From assembly GCA_964016885.1 (NCBI GenBank), contig OZ024740.1, positions 89,714,001-89,778,000 on the forward strand: a stretch of 64,000 nt of DNA, written 5' to 3'. A program made the position numbers and the translations under genes. Shown in pieces: positions 49,022-63,252 of the stretch; position 1 is the stretch's first letter, and each line of letters starts with the position of its first letter. The DNA is from Eledone cirrhosa (taxonomy: Eukaryota). The notes below the pieces were generated by a model that was given only the letters and a program-made list of their open reading frames with translations, made no database searches and was not told the origin of the DNA.

Positions 49022-49347
49022 CTGTGTGTGTATGTGGGTGTGTCTGTGTGTGTGCGTATGTGTGTTTGCGTGTGTATGTGTGTGTGTTTGTGCGTATATA
49101 TATATATATGTAAGTGTGTGTGTTTGTGTGTGTATATATACAACCCCCCCCCCACCCCCCACCCCCCCACACACACATATATATATATTATGCTTGAAAG
49201 TATTTTTTTTATATATTTACATATATGTATGTGTGTTGACCAATCAATATTACATAGGCAGTGTGTGTGCAATTTAAATGAGAAGGATACTTGTCTGACA
49301 TCAAATTACATATATTTCTATATTTCATAATGCTGTCACTAAATAAT

Positions 49348-49522
49348 TGTTTCTACATTTTTTCACAAGGTCAGCACATACCCAGTGCATTACTGGTACT
49401 CTATGTTATCGACCCCGTAAGGATGAAAGGCAAAGTTAACCTCGGCGGGATTTGAACTCAGACCATAAAGGTTTGCTGCAAAGCATGGCGTCCGACCCTC
49501 TACCGATACTGCCAATAAACCA
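49348..49522 (-). mobile_element. Full-length tRNA-SINE with 15-bp target site duplication
   Basis: Same family as 43259-43955; CTGTCACTAAATAAT at both 49333-49347 and 49523-49537. Confidence 0.92.
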
Positions 49523-51326
49523 CTGTCACTAAATAATGCTTCATATTCCTCACATTTTAGTTACACCAAAATACACCTCCGAGAAATCATATTATCTCTT
49601 TATATTTATTAATCGTATTAAAACATTAATTCATTTATCGTTTCCACACGGCACCTGACAAAAACCTCTAAATTAGGCCTCATGCTGTGTCAATGGAAAT
49701 CGCTTATTTGGAATGGTACCAAATTTCACGATTCAAAGAAGCTGAATATTACTTGAATATCGGAAGCTTTTAACAAGTTGGCTCGCTTTTGCTAAGTTAT
49801 ATCTGGTTGACATTATGCATATAGATCCTAGCGCCATAATAATGTAATATTGCCAATATGTAGATTATCACTGGTTTGCCAAATAGTCCATAGGCTATGA
49901 TTACACAAAAAATGTCGTTTTCTGTATAAATGCCAATGTGAAAAAAGAGGCCTACAGGTGGAAACATATGTATAATACTTACATATGAAAAGTAAGTGTG
50001 AATTATTGTATTATATTAACTTTTACAACCTTATTATTTTTGTAATTCAATCCAACTTATACTCATGTTTTATTCTCCCGCTTGTTCGGTTCCTTGTTCT
50101 CTTTGTTTATTTGTTGATGGCTGGATAGACCCAGTCTTGATACATATTTCTTTTCGTCCAGGGTGGAATTAGAGTACATGAGAGTTTTGTACCTTCATTG
50201 ATAGCGAATCATACTTTACGCCAATGCTTTGTTATTTGCAATATCCAGGTCTTTCATCTTTTACATTTTTGCTTTGCACTTGTGTCTTTATTGTGTTAAC
50301 GTTTCGTCTAGTTAATATTACGAAACAATCGATTCTATTTCAACATGTTCTAAATATTATTCTTCTGTCTTACATTTGGGCTTAACAAATTATGTTCGAA
50401 CGCGAGTCTCACTAAACTGCATGAGATAATGTGTTCAATAGGTTTGTTATCTAATGTAAAAATGATTCAGGCCTGCTGATTAGACTTCAATCTTCACAAT
50501 TATTTTACTTCGATCATTCGTGTATTCTCTTTATAAAAATGATTGAAATTCAGAGATAATGACATTATTCCAGCCATGTTGACTGGAAAATTCTTGTAAC
50601 TGATTCTACCCCTCAGCTTACTCTCCCACAATTCACTGGTTTCGACTTAGCACATGTTATTCGAATATAAATACTACGCCATTCATAATGAGATTTCAAG
50701 ACCATAAGAAGTTTTTCGTAAATTCCATACATCTACAGAAACTTTTTCACGTCGCGTGGAACGTAGTCGTTCGGTCTTTCGAGGACTAAAAACATGCATG
50801 CAATTCTTAGCAATGCTCTAAAGATTCAGCCTATGATTCTCTAGTATAAACATATGTGAATGTATTGTAATTTCTATCCAAATTGGTTGAATATTGTAAA
50901 GTATATCTGTAACAAACTAAGTGCAGATTTGCAACATTTTTGACAGTGAACATGGCAAAGGTGTGATAGTAATTTAAAGCGTAACGATTTCTACGGAAAA
51001 TCATACAGACTAGAATATTATTCATGTTTTTTTCAATATAATGACCGACCAGAATCTATAAAAGTGTTGTTGTTCCGTAGTAAGATCCAAATCTGTAACA
51101 TATGTTTATCATGTAACATTTGATCCGACTTGAGATAATTTCGCAGTAAGGCTAAATGCTTCAAAAGCTGAAATTAATTTACTATGAAATTTATGGCATA
51201 TACGTTTCCATTAATATGTAGCACATATATCCTCACAGAAAATACATATAATTGTCATCATATATTATCGTATAATACGATGTATACATTTTGCAATCTA
51301 ATTTCTTATTAAAATAGCAAATATAT

Positions 51327-51519
51327 TGTATTATTTTGTACCAAATCAAAGGTTTTTATTCAATCTAAGAATAATATAGAAACAGTCAATAAGAGAACTT
51401 AAACTTAGTATGTGTTAACAATACAACAAACAAGAACAGAACAATACAACGAATAAGAATAAAAAGGAATCACATTAAAGAGAAGAAAGTAATACTATAA
51501 AACAAATCATATCATCACA
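51327..51519 (-). repeat. 3' LTR of Gypsy element
   Basis: 193 bp, adjacent to the PPT, similar to 54680-54875. Confidence 0.9.
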
Positions 51520-51535
51520 TTCTTTCCCTCTAGCG

Positions 51536-54500
51536 TTAATCGTTGTATCGCATTGGCCTCTCTACTAAGCGTCCTCGGCGTGTTCTTTGTTGTTGGGGTA
51601 TGTTATCCGAGATTAAGAATGTGTCAGAAGATTCATCGTCGTCGAATTCAGCACTCTCTGTAGGATTGTTATCGGCGGTAGATGTCATACCTTCGTGCCC
51701 AACGGCCACAGGTGTAGATATTGCTGTTGGTTGAGTTAAATTGGCGCCTTTTGTTGAATTTCCATTGTTTTGTGGTGATGCTGCTGGTGCGAGATTTGTA
51801 GTTGAGACTGTGTCTATTCTTCCACTATTAAATTGTACCTTGGCAAAGTGAGGTGAGATCGTCTCGATGAGTTGAACGTTTTCCGTAAGATCATCACCTT
51901 TATTCCTTATGTGACGTCGATATAGTACGATTGTGCCCGGTTTATTTAGAATCTCTGGTATTTCTGTGCCGTTTTTTGTCGATCTGGTGAATGAAAATAC
52001 TCTTTCATGTGGCGTGGCGTTTGTAGCAGTGCAAAGCAATCCGCGAATAGACGACAGAGCGATTGGAATCATGTTACTCCATTTTTATTGAGATGATTTG
52101 TCTTCAATGTCAGATTTATCGCTTTGCATATTGTGCCGTTAACTCTTTCGCATTGGCCGTTGGCTTGAGGTCGATATAGCCTGGTGTGGCCTTTTATAAT
52201 GTTATTACTCTATAAGAAATCATTGAGTTTTTGTGATTTAAATTGACGTCCCCTATCTGTATGAATCGAACTGAGTTTTCCAAATATAGAGAATATCTCC
52301 AATAGATGTTTAATTACTACGTCCATTGTAATCTCTTAACAAGGAATGGCGAATAGAAAACGTGAGTCCTCGTCAACTATAGTTACCATAATTCGAAAAC
52401 CGTTTGAGATAGCCATGGGACCCATAAAGTCCATTTATAGTCTTTCCCAGGTTTTTGTGGCATGTATTAATCTTCCTGTGGGTGGTTTATATAATTTTGG
52501 TTTACATTCACGGCATATTTTGCAATTGGCGATAACTTCCCTTATTTCATTATTAGGATATGCCAAGTTCATTGATTTACAATAATGTAGAAGTCTGATG
52601 ATTCCGGATGACATAGACGTGAGTGAATATTGTATAATTTGTGTTCCGTCTTAGTAGAGTAGCAGCTCGATAGGGCACCTGTGGCTTGGTTTAATGAACC
52701 AGGTCTATATGAGAATTTAAGGTTAAGATCGCTTAGCTCCAGTCGCCAGTGGGCTACCTTCTCGTTTTTAATCTTGGAAGTGTGTTTTTAGTTGAACGCA
52801 AATGCAACCGATCGTTGGTCTGTTATGATATTACGATGTGGAACAGCGCTAATCTTATGCCTCCATTTTCTACATCATTCTATAATTACGCAACCTTCCT
52901 TTTCGATGATGGAATGTCCTCTTTCTGACTTATTTATGCTTCTACTAAGAAAAGCAATTGGACGACCATTTTCTAATAGAGTTCCGCAAATGGCAATATC
53001 TGCGTCGGTTTCGAATATAAATGGTGCAGTGAAATCGGGTGAACACAGTGATGCCTTTATGAGTTCTTCCTTCATCTTATTAATAGTAGATTTTTCTTCG
53101 TTTGATAGATATTGTTTACCAATGGTGTTTCTTGCTTTTGTAAGAACGACAGAGAGGTTAGAAGAGCCCTTAATCCATTTAGCATAGTATGCAAACAGAC
53201 CGATTACCCAGTTTAACTCTTTTAACGTCTTTGGGAACGGCGTGTAACAAGGGCTGTATAACTTTCAGGGTCCGGTCTTAATTGACCTTTTTCTATGACA
53301 TGTCCAAGGAAATGTATTCTATTTTGATTAAAGCTGCATTTGTCTCGATTCAATTGCATACCTGCATTGTAGCTGCATTCAAGATTGCTTTAGGTTTGGG
53401 TTATGTTCTTCGACTGTGTCTCCTCGTTTAATATTGTCGTCAAGGTATGAGTAGCTATTTTATAAGTTATAATTGTCTATGCAAGTGTCCAATATTTGTT
53501 GGAAAATTTGAACGGCATTTGTGCATCCAAACGGAAGACGGGTAAATTCGTATAGTCCGCTACAGGCTAGGAATGCAGTAAACTTAAAGTCGGAAGATTT
53601 GATGGGTATTTGGTGATAAGCGGCCTTTAGATCTATTTTCGAGAAATACGTGTTTTGAAATTTTGTTGAGTAGGTCTTCGATTATAGCATTTGGGTATGA
53701 ATCCAATGGTGTGTAACGATTTATAGTGCCTAAGTAGTCTATGACAATACGTTTTTTTTTGTTTTCTTGATCTATTACGAAGCACTGCGCTCTCTATGGG
53801 CTTCTGCTATGTTGAATTATTCCAGCTTTAAGCATTCTGTCGATTTCCCTTTTAATGAATTGCTGATCTTTATTGTATTTTGAGGAGATATAGATAATGG
53901 TTTTAATTTTGTCGTATCGATATCAGGCATTAAATCATATTCTTCACAATTCAGAGTTTGCATTGACATACATATCGTGACTGCTCTCATGTCCCCCGCA
54001 TATTTTATTGTTAAAGACTTCTACCTGTTAAGTATATCAATACCCATAACTACTGGAGCAAATGAGTTTGTCAACCACCATTAGATCGATGTGGTATTCT
54101 CGGCCCTCCCATTCTAATGTTGTTTCAAACGTACCTCGTATTATGAGTTTACTGTTGTTGGCTAAAATTACACTCCTATTCTTAGTTTTCTTGAATTTGC
54201 TTGAATTTGTTTGGAATATTTTATCTAGATTTTCGTCAGGTGATTCCAGAAGTCGTTGTTTTATGGAGGCGGATTGAATACCCGACACGAACGCATCACA
54301 AATCAACAATTGTCTATGTTGTTCCCCTGTTAGGGGTTTAGTGGGGCATTTATTTGCGAGGACTTTTAAATCAAAGATTGCCCTTCTTGTTGACAATGGT
54401 TGCATAGTTTATGTCGGGTCATTATTGCTGAGCCTTTCTTTTGAAATGTATTATCAAGAATAGATAATGCCTCATCGAATGATGTTGCTTCTTCAATGAG

Positions 54501-54663
54501 AGTATAAACATTGACTCCTCAAAGAACCAGAAGGACTGACAGCTTACTTTCGTCAGGAACAGAAATGGTTTTCCAAATAGATCGCCAACATTCTCTTTCA
54601 GTAGGCATAATCGGATTCACTAGCATCATCCGGAAGAATTTTCTTGAATATTTTCGGATCCAT
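51536..54663 (-). pseudogene. Gypsy gag-pol, multiply frameshifted
   Basis: RT YHQIPI..FTAF..GLYEFTRLPFG..YLDD; RNase H FIFETDAD..RPIAFLSR..EKE; integrase DFMGP, IHTDRGRQF, YRPQANGQCERVN; ATG at 54663. Confidence 0.92.
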
Positions 54664-54679
54664 GATTGGATACAATTGT

Positions 54680-54875
54680 TGTATTATTTTGTACCAAATC
54701 AAAGGTTTTTATTTAATCTAAGAATAATATAGAAACAATCAAATAGAGTAGAGAAGAAATTAGTATGGGTTAACACTACAACAAACAAGAACAGAACGAA
54801 TGGAACGAATAACGATAAAAAGCAATCAAATCAAAGAGAAGAAAGTGATCTTATAAAACAAATCATATCATCACA
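54680..54875 (-). repeat. 5' LTR of Gypsy element
   Basis: 196 bp, similar to 51327-51519. Confidence 0.9.
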
Positions 54876-55155
54876 TGTATATTATCTAACGATTTCCAAA
54901 TTTAAATGATCATATAAATGTTACTATTGTATATTATCTTTTACAATCATAAAGTGAAGTTAAAGTTTATGTAATATTGAGAAACAGATAATAAAGTTAG
55001 GAATATCGTTACGCTCTGGAATGTATAAACCATTATTTTAATAGTAATAATGCGTATTATATAACCAAAATAGCAGTCAAATATCCGTTGAATTTAAACA
55101 ATACATAGCTGAGTGAGACGTAACTAAATTCCTATAACATATTTCAACATATTCG

Positions 55156-55370
55156 GCCGGTAGATAGGCAGTATGGTTTGAACGTTAGAAAACACACTTT
55201 GTTCATAGGGTTACATCCTCTTACATTCTGATTTCAAATCCTGCCGAAGTTAGCATTTCCTTTCATCCTTACAGAATTGAAAACACCTGTAACGCATTGG
55301 GATTCATTTAATTGCGTTTCAACTAAACAAAATTGTTGGCCTTGTGCGTAAATCAAATTCATTGTATTTT
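55156..55370 (+). mobile_element. Old diverged tRNA-SINE copy
   Basis: GGCAGTATGG, TTCAAATCCTGCCGA, CCTTTCATCCTTAC, TGGCCTTGTGC. Confidence 0.7.
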
Positions 55371-58300
55371 TCATTACAGGCGAACATTCAACAGTGCAAC
55401 ATATTTCGTTCACATATCGGTAAAAATGATCAGGATAAATATCAAAGTATACAAGTAATTGTATATTATATTAAGCCTTAACAAATGTGATATGCAGATT
55501 GAAACAATTAAAAGGAACACGTTGTCGCACTCTGTTTAATGTCTGAATGCCATATATTGCCACTAATTGTCCCATATGGAAGCAAATACATGAACCATTG
55601 CATGACTGGAACTTTCTCGAAAACTCGTTCTTTAAATATATATCAGTCTAATTTACACAAATAATATATAGATTAAACTAAAAATGATTTCTTCTTCATC
55701 TTCGTCCACATATTACAAAGCGGTTCGTTTAGGGTCCTCAAACACTCCTTCTAGCGGGACCTACCCGAAGCAATATTCTCTAACTGATAATCTTTATCCT
55801 CAAGAGAAACCAGCGAAGCTGAAGGATGTTATGCAATCATCTTTCTCTGGGTTTACGCCACGCTCACTTGCCGATTGATTTTGTCTCTACATGGATTCTT
55901 CAATTCCGTCCGCAAAAAGTTGCGATTGGCTTTTGACATGTTCTGGGAGGCGTGGGATGGACGAATAATTATTGCGTATCGGGAGAACTGAAAATGGAAC
56001 CTGGAATATGGGAAACCTTACATATAAGGAGCAGTAACTAGTGGGGAATGTTAGATGCTACGGGCTAAATATATTTTTTGTTTCCTAAAGATGTTCCTTC
56101 GATCTGATATTCTACATTTCGATGGAGGATGGACAATGAATTATAATTATCTTATTTATCACGTTACCTGGAAGAATGTAACATATTTTTATAAACCATC
56201 CATGAAATTAATGACTTATCAATTATCAATACTTATATATCTATATATTTATATCGGCATTAAATCTACGATTGATAGTTATATGGCAAAGGAGCAAAGT
56301 TGCGATTGTGTCCTGAAAATTAATTAATCAGTGGAAGATAAACGTCGACATACAAGAACTGGATTAAGCAGTCATATTCTCATTCGCTGTTTTATAATAT
56401 CACATTACAATGCAAAATATTTCATTAAAAAACATGCGTTAATGTGTAAGGCGTCTATTGAACGACGTAAGAGAGCAGCATCTACTTAGCTTGACTTCCG
56501 GCTTCACATATTCATTTTTAAGAAGATATTCTACTTCACACATTTGCTTATATTATCGAAATTTCACTGAATGTGCAAATGAGGTGAAATTGTGTCAGCT
56601 CAGTGTACTACTTTTCATAGTAATGTTTTATTTTAATTTGCTATATTGTATATTATGAACATATGGATTTTACACCATTAGGAAAATATATATTACGAAT
56701 TAAAATTCATCATTACCTCATACATTTTGACCTATGCTTTATGTTCAGTCGCTTCTATAATGGAGATTTTACCAAATATGTTGTCCAAAATATCCGCAAC
56801 CAATTTAAGCTAAAGAACACAAAGTAAATAATCAAGACTTCTATGACAACTAATGTTAATAGAATATTTTTTAGTACAGTAAGGAATAAATGGAAATATG
56901 ATTTATTATCTGTTTTGTATGTAATTTGAAGCTATGACAAATGGTTTTATACTGAGTAAACATTTAAGTAATTATATATGATAAACTATTTTTATGCCAG
57001 AACAATATTGTCAGTGAAGAGGTTAAATATTTTAAAGAAATTGTTTTGAAAACGTACTTACATAACCTACAGAATTCGATCAAGAAATGTCAGAATTGTC
57101 ATAATCATTTTGGAGTAAAACATTAAACTCAAAAGATCTGTGTATATAGAAGAGCAGTAGTCGTTCACAGGCGAGTCACGATAAATACATAGTAGTGAAA
57201 AATTTAATAAAACAATAGTTTTACTACAGGATTATATAATGATAAAAAAGAAGTTGATGAAGCGCATTCATCAAATGGCGAATATATTTAATTGGAAAAT
57301 ATAACATTTCATTTTAACTGCTCCAAACTGAGTGAGAATAATTTCATTAACAATAACAATGATTTAAAATCTGAGACACCAATCATTTAGAAATCTGTAA
57401 ATATCTTAAACTATTAGATGTATTAAAATGCATTCATTTTAAGCTATGTACATTTAATATAAATACACAGAAAAAAAACTACATGCTACCATATACCCTT
57501 TATTGCTTCAATATAGTATCTATATATGTGGTAAAATGGAAATTTGTCTACGATTTTTAACATAAATATTAATTTCATTTATCTTGAGAACATGTACAAA
57601 ATTATAAGTTAAGAGTATGTGATTGTGTTTAACTTAAAACAAACATTTTACATGCATATGACACCGCACTCAAGTATCATATTATACGTATGTGCTTTCA
57701 TAAATTATTATAGATGTTTTTTTTTCACATAGATGTTACAGTTCGTCCTTTAATTCTGTGATGATATAGTTTCGTAATTTACTTTTTTAAATGATTTGAT
57801 TATTTTAATTATATTTTCCTCATATTTCATGCGTTCCATACCTTTATAAGAAATATAACTTCCCCATGTAGTCTCATCACGGGATAATACTGTTATAATT
57901 CTTTTGTTTAACCTATTCGAAAATATTTGGAAAGGAAGAAAAATATCACTGTTATCGGAAATATAAGCATCACAGGAAATATAACTATGAATTTATCAAA
58001 CTTAAAAAAAAATAACTTCCACTTCACTCACTTGAATACATTTGAATAAAAGTCACTCTAGCTATTTCTCAAGTAATCAAAAAATGGAAGAGGTTTATTA
58101 TCTTTACCAAGCGGCACAAAATATGAAGAGACATGAACTATGTTTCTTATTATTATTGTGCTCATACGAAGTATGATTTACACATTATAAACATGTAACT
58201 TGTAAAGTAATTTTCTTTTCTCTGTCTTTTCGCCAATAAATCATTCCAGTTAATGAAAGCAAAAAGATAATTACAATCAAAAGAATATTCATATTTTATT

Positions 58301-58973
58301 AAATATTCCAAAAAGATTTTTGCTTCTTTCTGATATGAAAAAATGTGATGCTAATTGTTAAAGATGTTTATCGAATGTGCACGAAATTTAGCAAGAGAGA
58401 TAAAGAAATGTTATTCAAAAGTACGAATAAATAGAATCTGTTATTAAAATACTGACAATGTAACATGGCATATAACCCCATCAGTCACACAACGGAGTTC
58501 TATTACTTAAAAAAGACAAAAACAATGCCTGTACCAGTGAGACAAAATTGCATTAAATAAGAAAAACAAAAATAAACTCGTTCTCAAAGGACTGATTAGA
58601 AAATGTTAAGCAGTTTTAGAATATGAGACATATTTTATATTTAGAATGCGAAATCGGAATTACGATATTTTTCACATTTTCATTTTACTGCATAAATTTT
58701 ACTGACGATAATTATCAAAGTATATACAATTAATAGTCCAGAATTTTCTTTCAAACTTTTTGTGAAAAGAATTAAAAGTATTTTTCGCAGGAGATTAATT
58801 TGCATGCAATGGTTATCAAGATGTTCATCATATCGACGCATTTGCTTTGTACGTTATACAACTCAAAACTCATGAAATGATCAATAGAGCATTCGTCGTG
58901 GCATCAGTTTACACAATTATATATAAAATGTCACATTCTTTTATTCAGATTTGCCTACTTAAAGAATGGTGCA

Positions 58974-61276
58974 AAGGATAAATATATATCAAATATATAA
59001 CAACCGTAGAGCAAATCTATATATATAAAACTGTGGTTGTCTGTCTGTCTATCGATTTTTGGCACACATCTCCTCTTAGAATCTCTCACGGAATTGCACC
59101 GAAATTGCTAGACTTGTACATTGAGCCCTAGCGAAAACATCGGAAAAAATAAATTTCAAATTGACCCACCCTATGTGACGAAATCGAATATAATGTATCG
59201 ATTTTTGAGCGTAAGTTATCAGTTATTTCCCTTTGTTCTGTTTACATTGTGCGTCTTACGTAAAAAATTACGCTGGCTTTAACAGTTGTCGAGCCAGCAA
59301 AATATTGACCTGCAAAATTCATCAGTTCGAACACTAAGCTTCCGTTTTGCTTCATTTCCATTTAAAAGCATTTTAAAACAATATTTTTACTTGAAAACAA
59401 GTCTATTTAAAGACTACGTAAAACAAGCAAATATTTCGTCGTTAGGCGTGCAGACAGACAGTCGTGCAGACAGACAGTCGTGCAGAGAGGTGATATAGGC
59501 GTGCAGACAGACAGTCGTGCAGAGAGGTGATATAGGCGTGCAGACAGACATAACTGATAATTTGGTTACGCTAATGTTTTTCTCTGCGTTGCAGTGTTTA
59601 CATTTTCGATCTTTGTTAATAAATAACCAGTGCAGTTTCTATCCCCAGCATCCTCTTTTGTTATAACATTCGGGTTATCGTTATGTTTTCTTAACTTCAT
59701 AAGGCATATTGTTGGTTGAGGGAATATTAATCAAAAACACCACATGCAAGTCTGCACAGTAAACACTACAGTTTTTAAGCCAAGAAAGAAACTTAACATT
59801 GTAACTTTAACACAGCTACTGAGCGACCCCGAGCAACGCCGGGCTTTACTGCTAGTATTTATTAAAATAACAGATTAAAGTTTAAGCAAAGAGTCGCTGC
59901 TTTCACCCTTAACGGGATCTTCTGAAACTAACAAAGTCAATCTGTAAACGCAGAAGTGGATATTTCAAAAAACGTTGCAACCGGAGGAAGACAGGAAGAC
60001 GATACTTTGGTTCGTGGAAACGTTCCCTGGCAAAGAACGGGAAAAACCGAATACAATACGTCATTAATAGGAGCGGTGAAAGACAATTACGCGCAAAGAC
60101 AGAACCACGTTTAAGGTATAAAAGAAGTCGTAGACTAATGTTCTCTTAGGTGGTTCGTGGAGACGTTCTCTGGCAATGAACGAAAAAAACGAAGATAATA
60201 CGTCATATGTGGAGCGTGGAGAACAATTGCACGCAAAGACAAAACCACGTAAATGGTATAGCAGAAGTCGTAGACTAAAATTCTAACTAGGAGACCGAAT
60301 GAAACTCTTCTTCAGAGTTAAGAATAAAGTAAATAAATACAATACAGAGGTAATAGAAATAAATAAATACATACACGCATACAGATATTTACATACACAA
60401 GCATACGCGAAAACACTTACCATAGGTATACAAAACCACGCACATATAAATATGTGTGTGTGTGTGTGTGCGCGTGTATACAAATAAAAAAAATAATTAA
60501 ATAAACGTATATAAATAAATAAATACGTATATAACAAACGCACACACATACCTACATGTGAATACACAAATGTTTGGAGACGTAAATCAAGCAAAACATG
60601 AAGTACACATATACACACACCCTACATACGCACGAACCTGCATACTCACACAGACGCAAAAAACCCGTATACACATAACCAAACCATATGTACCAGAATA
60701 TATTAAATTATACGCCATAACATATACAATCAAATATACGTACGAGAAAGTATATGTACCTTCACAAAACATACAGGTAATATATACTTACCTAAGCAAA
60801 TAAGTAATGGTATAAAGAAAACATATACTTAGCTACCAAATCAAGACGTAATATATCCACGTATAGATCGTACTATCCGTTAGGGTATAACGTGGGGCTG
60901 TAATACAGGAAAGTGTTGTGCAATTTATGTTTACAAGCCGAAATTGCTTCAGATTTTTTGTTTAAGATGTGGTCTGTGGCGTAGAGTATTTCCAGGGCTT
61001 CAGCGGCGTAGAGGTCACATGGTCTTTTATTTCAGTTATACGATCTAGCCCTAGCTAGGATCTCCCAGTGTAACTTATATTGGGTGTGGTTGTCTTTTAG
61101 ACTCCAGATATAAGCTGAAAGTGACGTCATATTCCTTCTTAGAGGGTAACGAAAAGAATGGCTATGCATGTACAGACGCTGCTTGAATCTATTGGCGGTT
61201 AACCCTATGTACGTGGGTGTTTCAACCTTACATTTGTAGACAATGTTACTTAAGAGGCATTTCCCGGATAGGGGGC
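58974..61276 (-). mobile_element. Inverted 3' copy of the Naiad-type PLE (GIY-YIG end + long 3' UTR), interrupted by a Helitron
   Basis: ~60830-61276 is the reverse complement of ~62776-63232 (IVYKC..YIGLT..FKQR..WEIL); continues into the sequence shared with 20855-21888. Confidence 0.9.
59016..59855 (+). mobile_element. Complete non-autonomous Helitron (840 bp)
   Basis: 5' TCTATATATATAAA, (GTCT)n near the 5' end, internal 37-bp tandem units at ~59445-59550, 3' hairpin CCCG..CGGG then CTAG; inserted between A and T with no TSD. Confidence 0.93.
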
Positions 61277-63232
61277 TACCCTTCGAAAATGATGTCTCGG
61301 AACTCATACGGAGTATCAAATATCGGAATAGGAGCAATTCCTTCCAGCAGGACCTGAAGAATAGAATTCGTTCTTTTAAGGATTCTAATGCCGTGCACGC
61401 CCATTCCGACAAAACTGGCAACCTATATCAAGTAGAGCGCAGTACTTACCATCAACTAATACATAATGCTTTAACTAAGGATTACCGTAAAACTAATCGG
61501 TGTGTCGTCAATGAAATCAACGATGCTGGGTTTAAAATCACATCTGATCTCAACATCCTGAATCGGACCGAACCTCTGGACCCTATTACTCCCCACTTTA
61601 CCTGAAGGATCATCAATCCAATTTTCCGAACAACCCCTCTATTCGGCTTATTAACCCAAATAATCCGATTCAGGTAGACTTAGTAAAACGATTCTTGATA
61701 GAATTATACCTGAAATTAGAAGTTTGGCACCGCTTGCACCGTGGAACAATTCTTTCGCGGTGATTGATTGGTTCAACGGCATATGTAACAAGGAACATTG
61801 CCGTTTTATCCACTTCGTCATCACAACTACTACACCCCAATCACTTTACCACTTCTCCTTAGAGCTATCAATTTTGCTAAAACACTCACAGTGGTTAAGG
61901 ATTACGAAGTTGATGTCATCCTCAATGCACGTAAGTCGGTGATTAATTTCGACGACTCTATTTGGATTAAACAATCCAATAGTACCACATTCGACGTGAG
62001 TATTGGTGACAGCGATTCTGCGGAGGTTACATATCTCATCGGCCTTTTCCTTCTTTTCTCTATCAAGGACGAATTCCCCAAAGCGGACGGTGGTTTGTAC
62101 CGTGATGATGGTCTTTGACCATGACTAAGTGCGGACCTGGTGCTTGCGACAAGTTCAGAAAAGAACTCACAGCCTTCTTTAAAGGCTTCAACCACTCTAT
62201 ACGGGTTGAGGCCAATCTCTCGGTCGTTAATTACCTCGACGCTACCCTCAATTTATCGAATGGGTTGTATTACCCGCATAGAAAGCCGAATGATACGCTT
62301 AATTACATAAGTAAGCATTCCAACCATCCTGCCAGCATAACCAAGAACCTGGTAAGAAACGTTTCGTTGAGGCTTTCCCGTCTATCTTCTAACGAGCATA
62401 TTTTCAACGACCATTCCACATATTACAATGAAGCTCTTACTCGGAGTGGATTTGTCGATAAGGTAGCATATACAGAGTACGAAAATAGACCTAGTTGAAA
62501 TAGATCCCGTCGCATTTGTTGGTATAACCCACCTTATAATATGGAGGTGGCCACACCATTAGCTAAGATCTTTCTTTCTCTTTTTACGAAGCATTTCACC
62601 CTACACATAAATATAGTAACATTTTCAATAGAAATACTATTAAAATTTCTTACTCTACGACTCCTAACCTTGCATATAACATCACAGCTTCAGATTTAGC
62701 TAAACTACGTAGCCGTAGGAACACGTGCAACCCTGTAGTTAGTACTAACTGTAATTGTAGGAATCGGGTCGATTGCTCCCTATCCTGGAAATGCCTCTCT
62801 AGTAACATTGTCTACAAATGTAAGGTTGAAACACCCACGACCCGTAGTGCCTACATAGGGTTAACCGCCAATAGATTCAAGCAGCATCTTTACATGCATA
62901 CCCATTCTTTTCGTTACCCTCTAAGAAGGAATATGACGTCACTTTCAGCTTATATCTGGAGTATAAAGACAACCACACCCAATATAAGTTACACTGGGAG
63001 ATCCTAGCTAGGGCTAGATCGTATAACGGAAATTTAAGATCATGTGACCTCTGCACCGCTGAGTCCCTGGAAATACTCTACGCCACAGACCACATCTTAA
63101 ACAAAAAATCTAAGGCAATTTCGGCTTGAAAACATAAATTGCACAACACTTTCCTGTATTACAGCCCCACGTTATAACCTAACGGATAGTACGATCAATA
63201 CGTGTATATTTTACGTCTTGATGTGTTAGCTA
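61277..63232 (+). mobile_element. Penelope-like retroelement (Naiad type): RT + GIY-YIG, frameshifted
   Basis: SDKTGNLY, LKDH..NF.NNP..RLINP, VIDWF, FDVSIG..DSAEV, GLYRDDGL, VNYLDATLNL, SNHP, WYNPPY, CNCR, IVYKC..YIG; ORF ends ~63177, then short UTR and (TA)n. Confidence 0.93.
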
Positions 63233-63252
63233 TGTGTGTATATATATATATA

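Larger units (their letters stand above)
51327..54875 (-). mobile_element. Ty3/Gypsy LTR retrotransposon, decayed but structurally complete
   Basis: TG..CA LTRs at 51327-51519 and 54680-54875, polypurine tract 51520-51531 (AGAGGGAAAGAA on -), flanks TATAT/TGTAT, domain order gag-PR-RT-RNaseH-integrase. Confidence 0.93.

Noticed and set aside
55688-55990. Possible old LINE 3' end beginning with TTCTTCTTC
   Set aside because: No recognisable protein motif to support it
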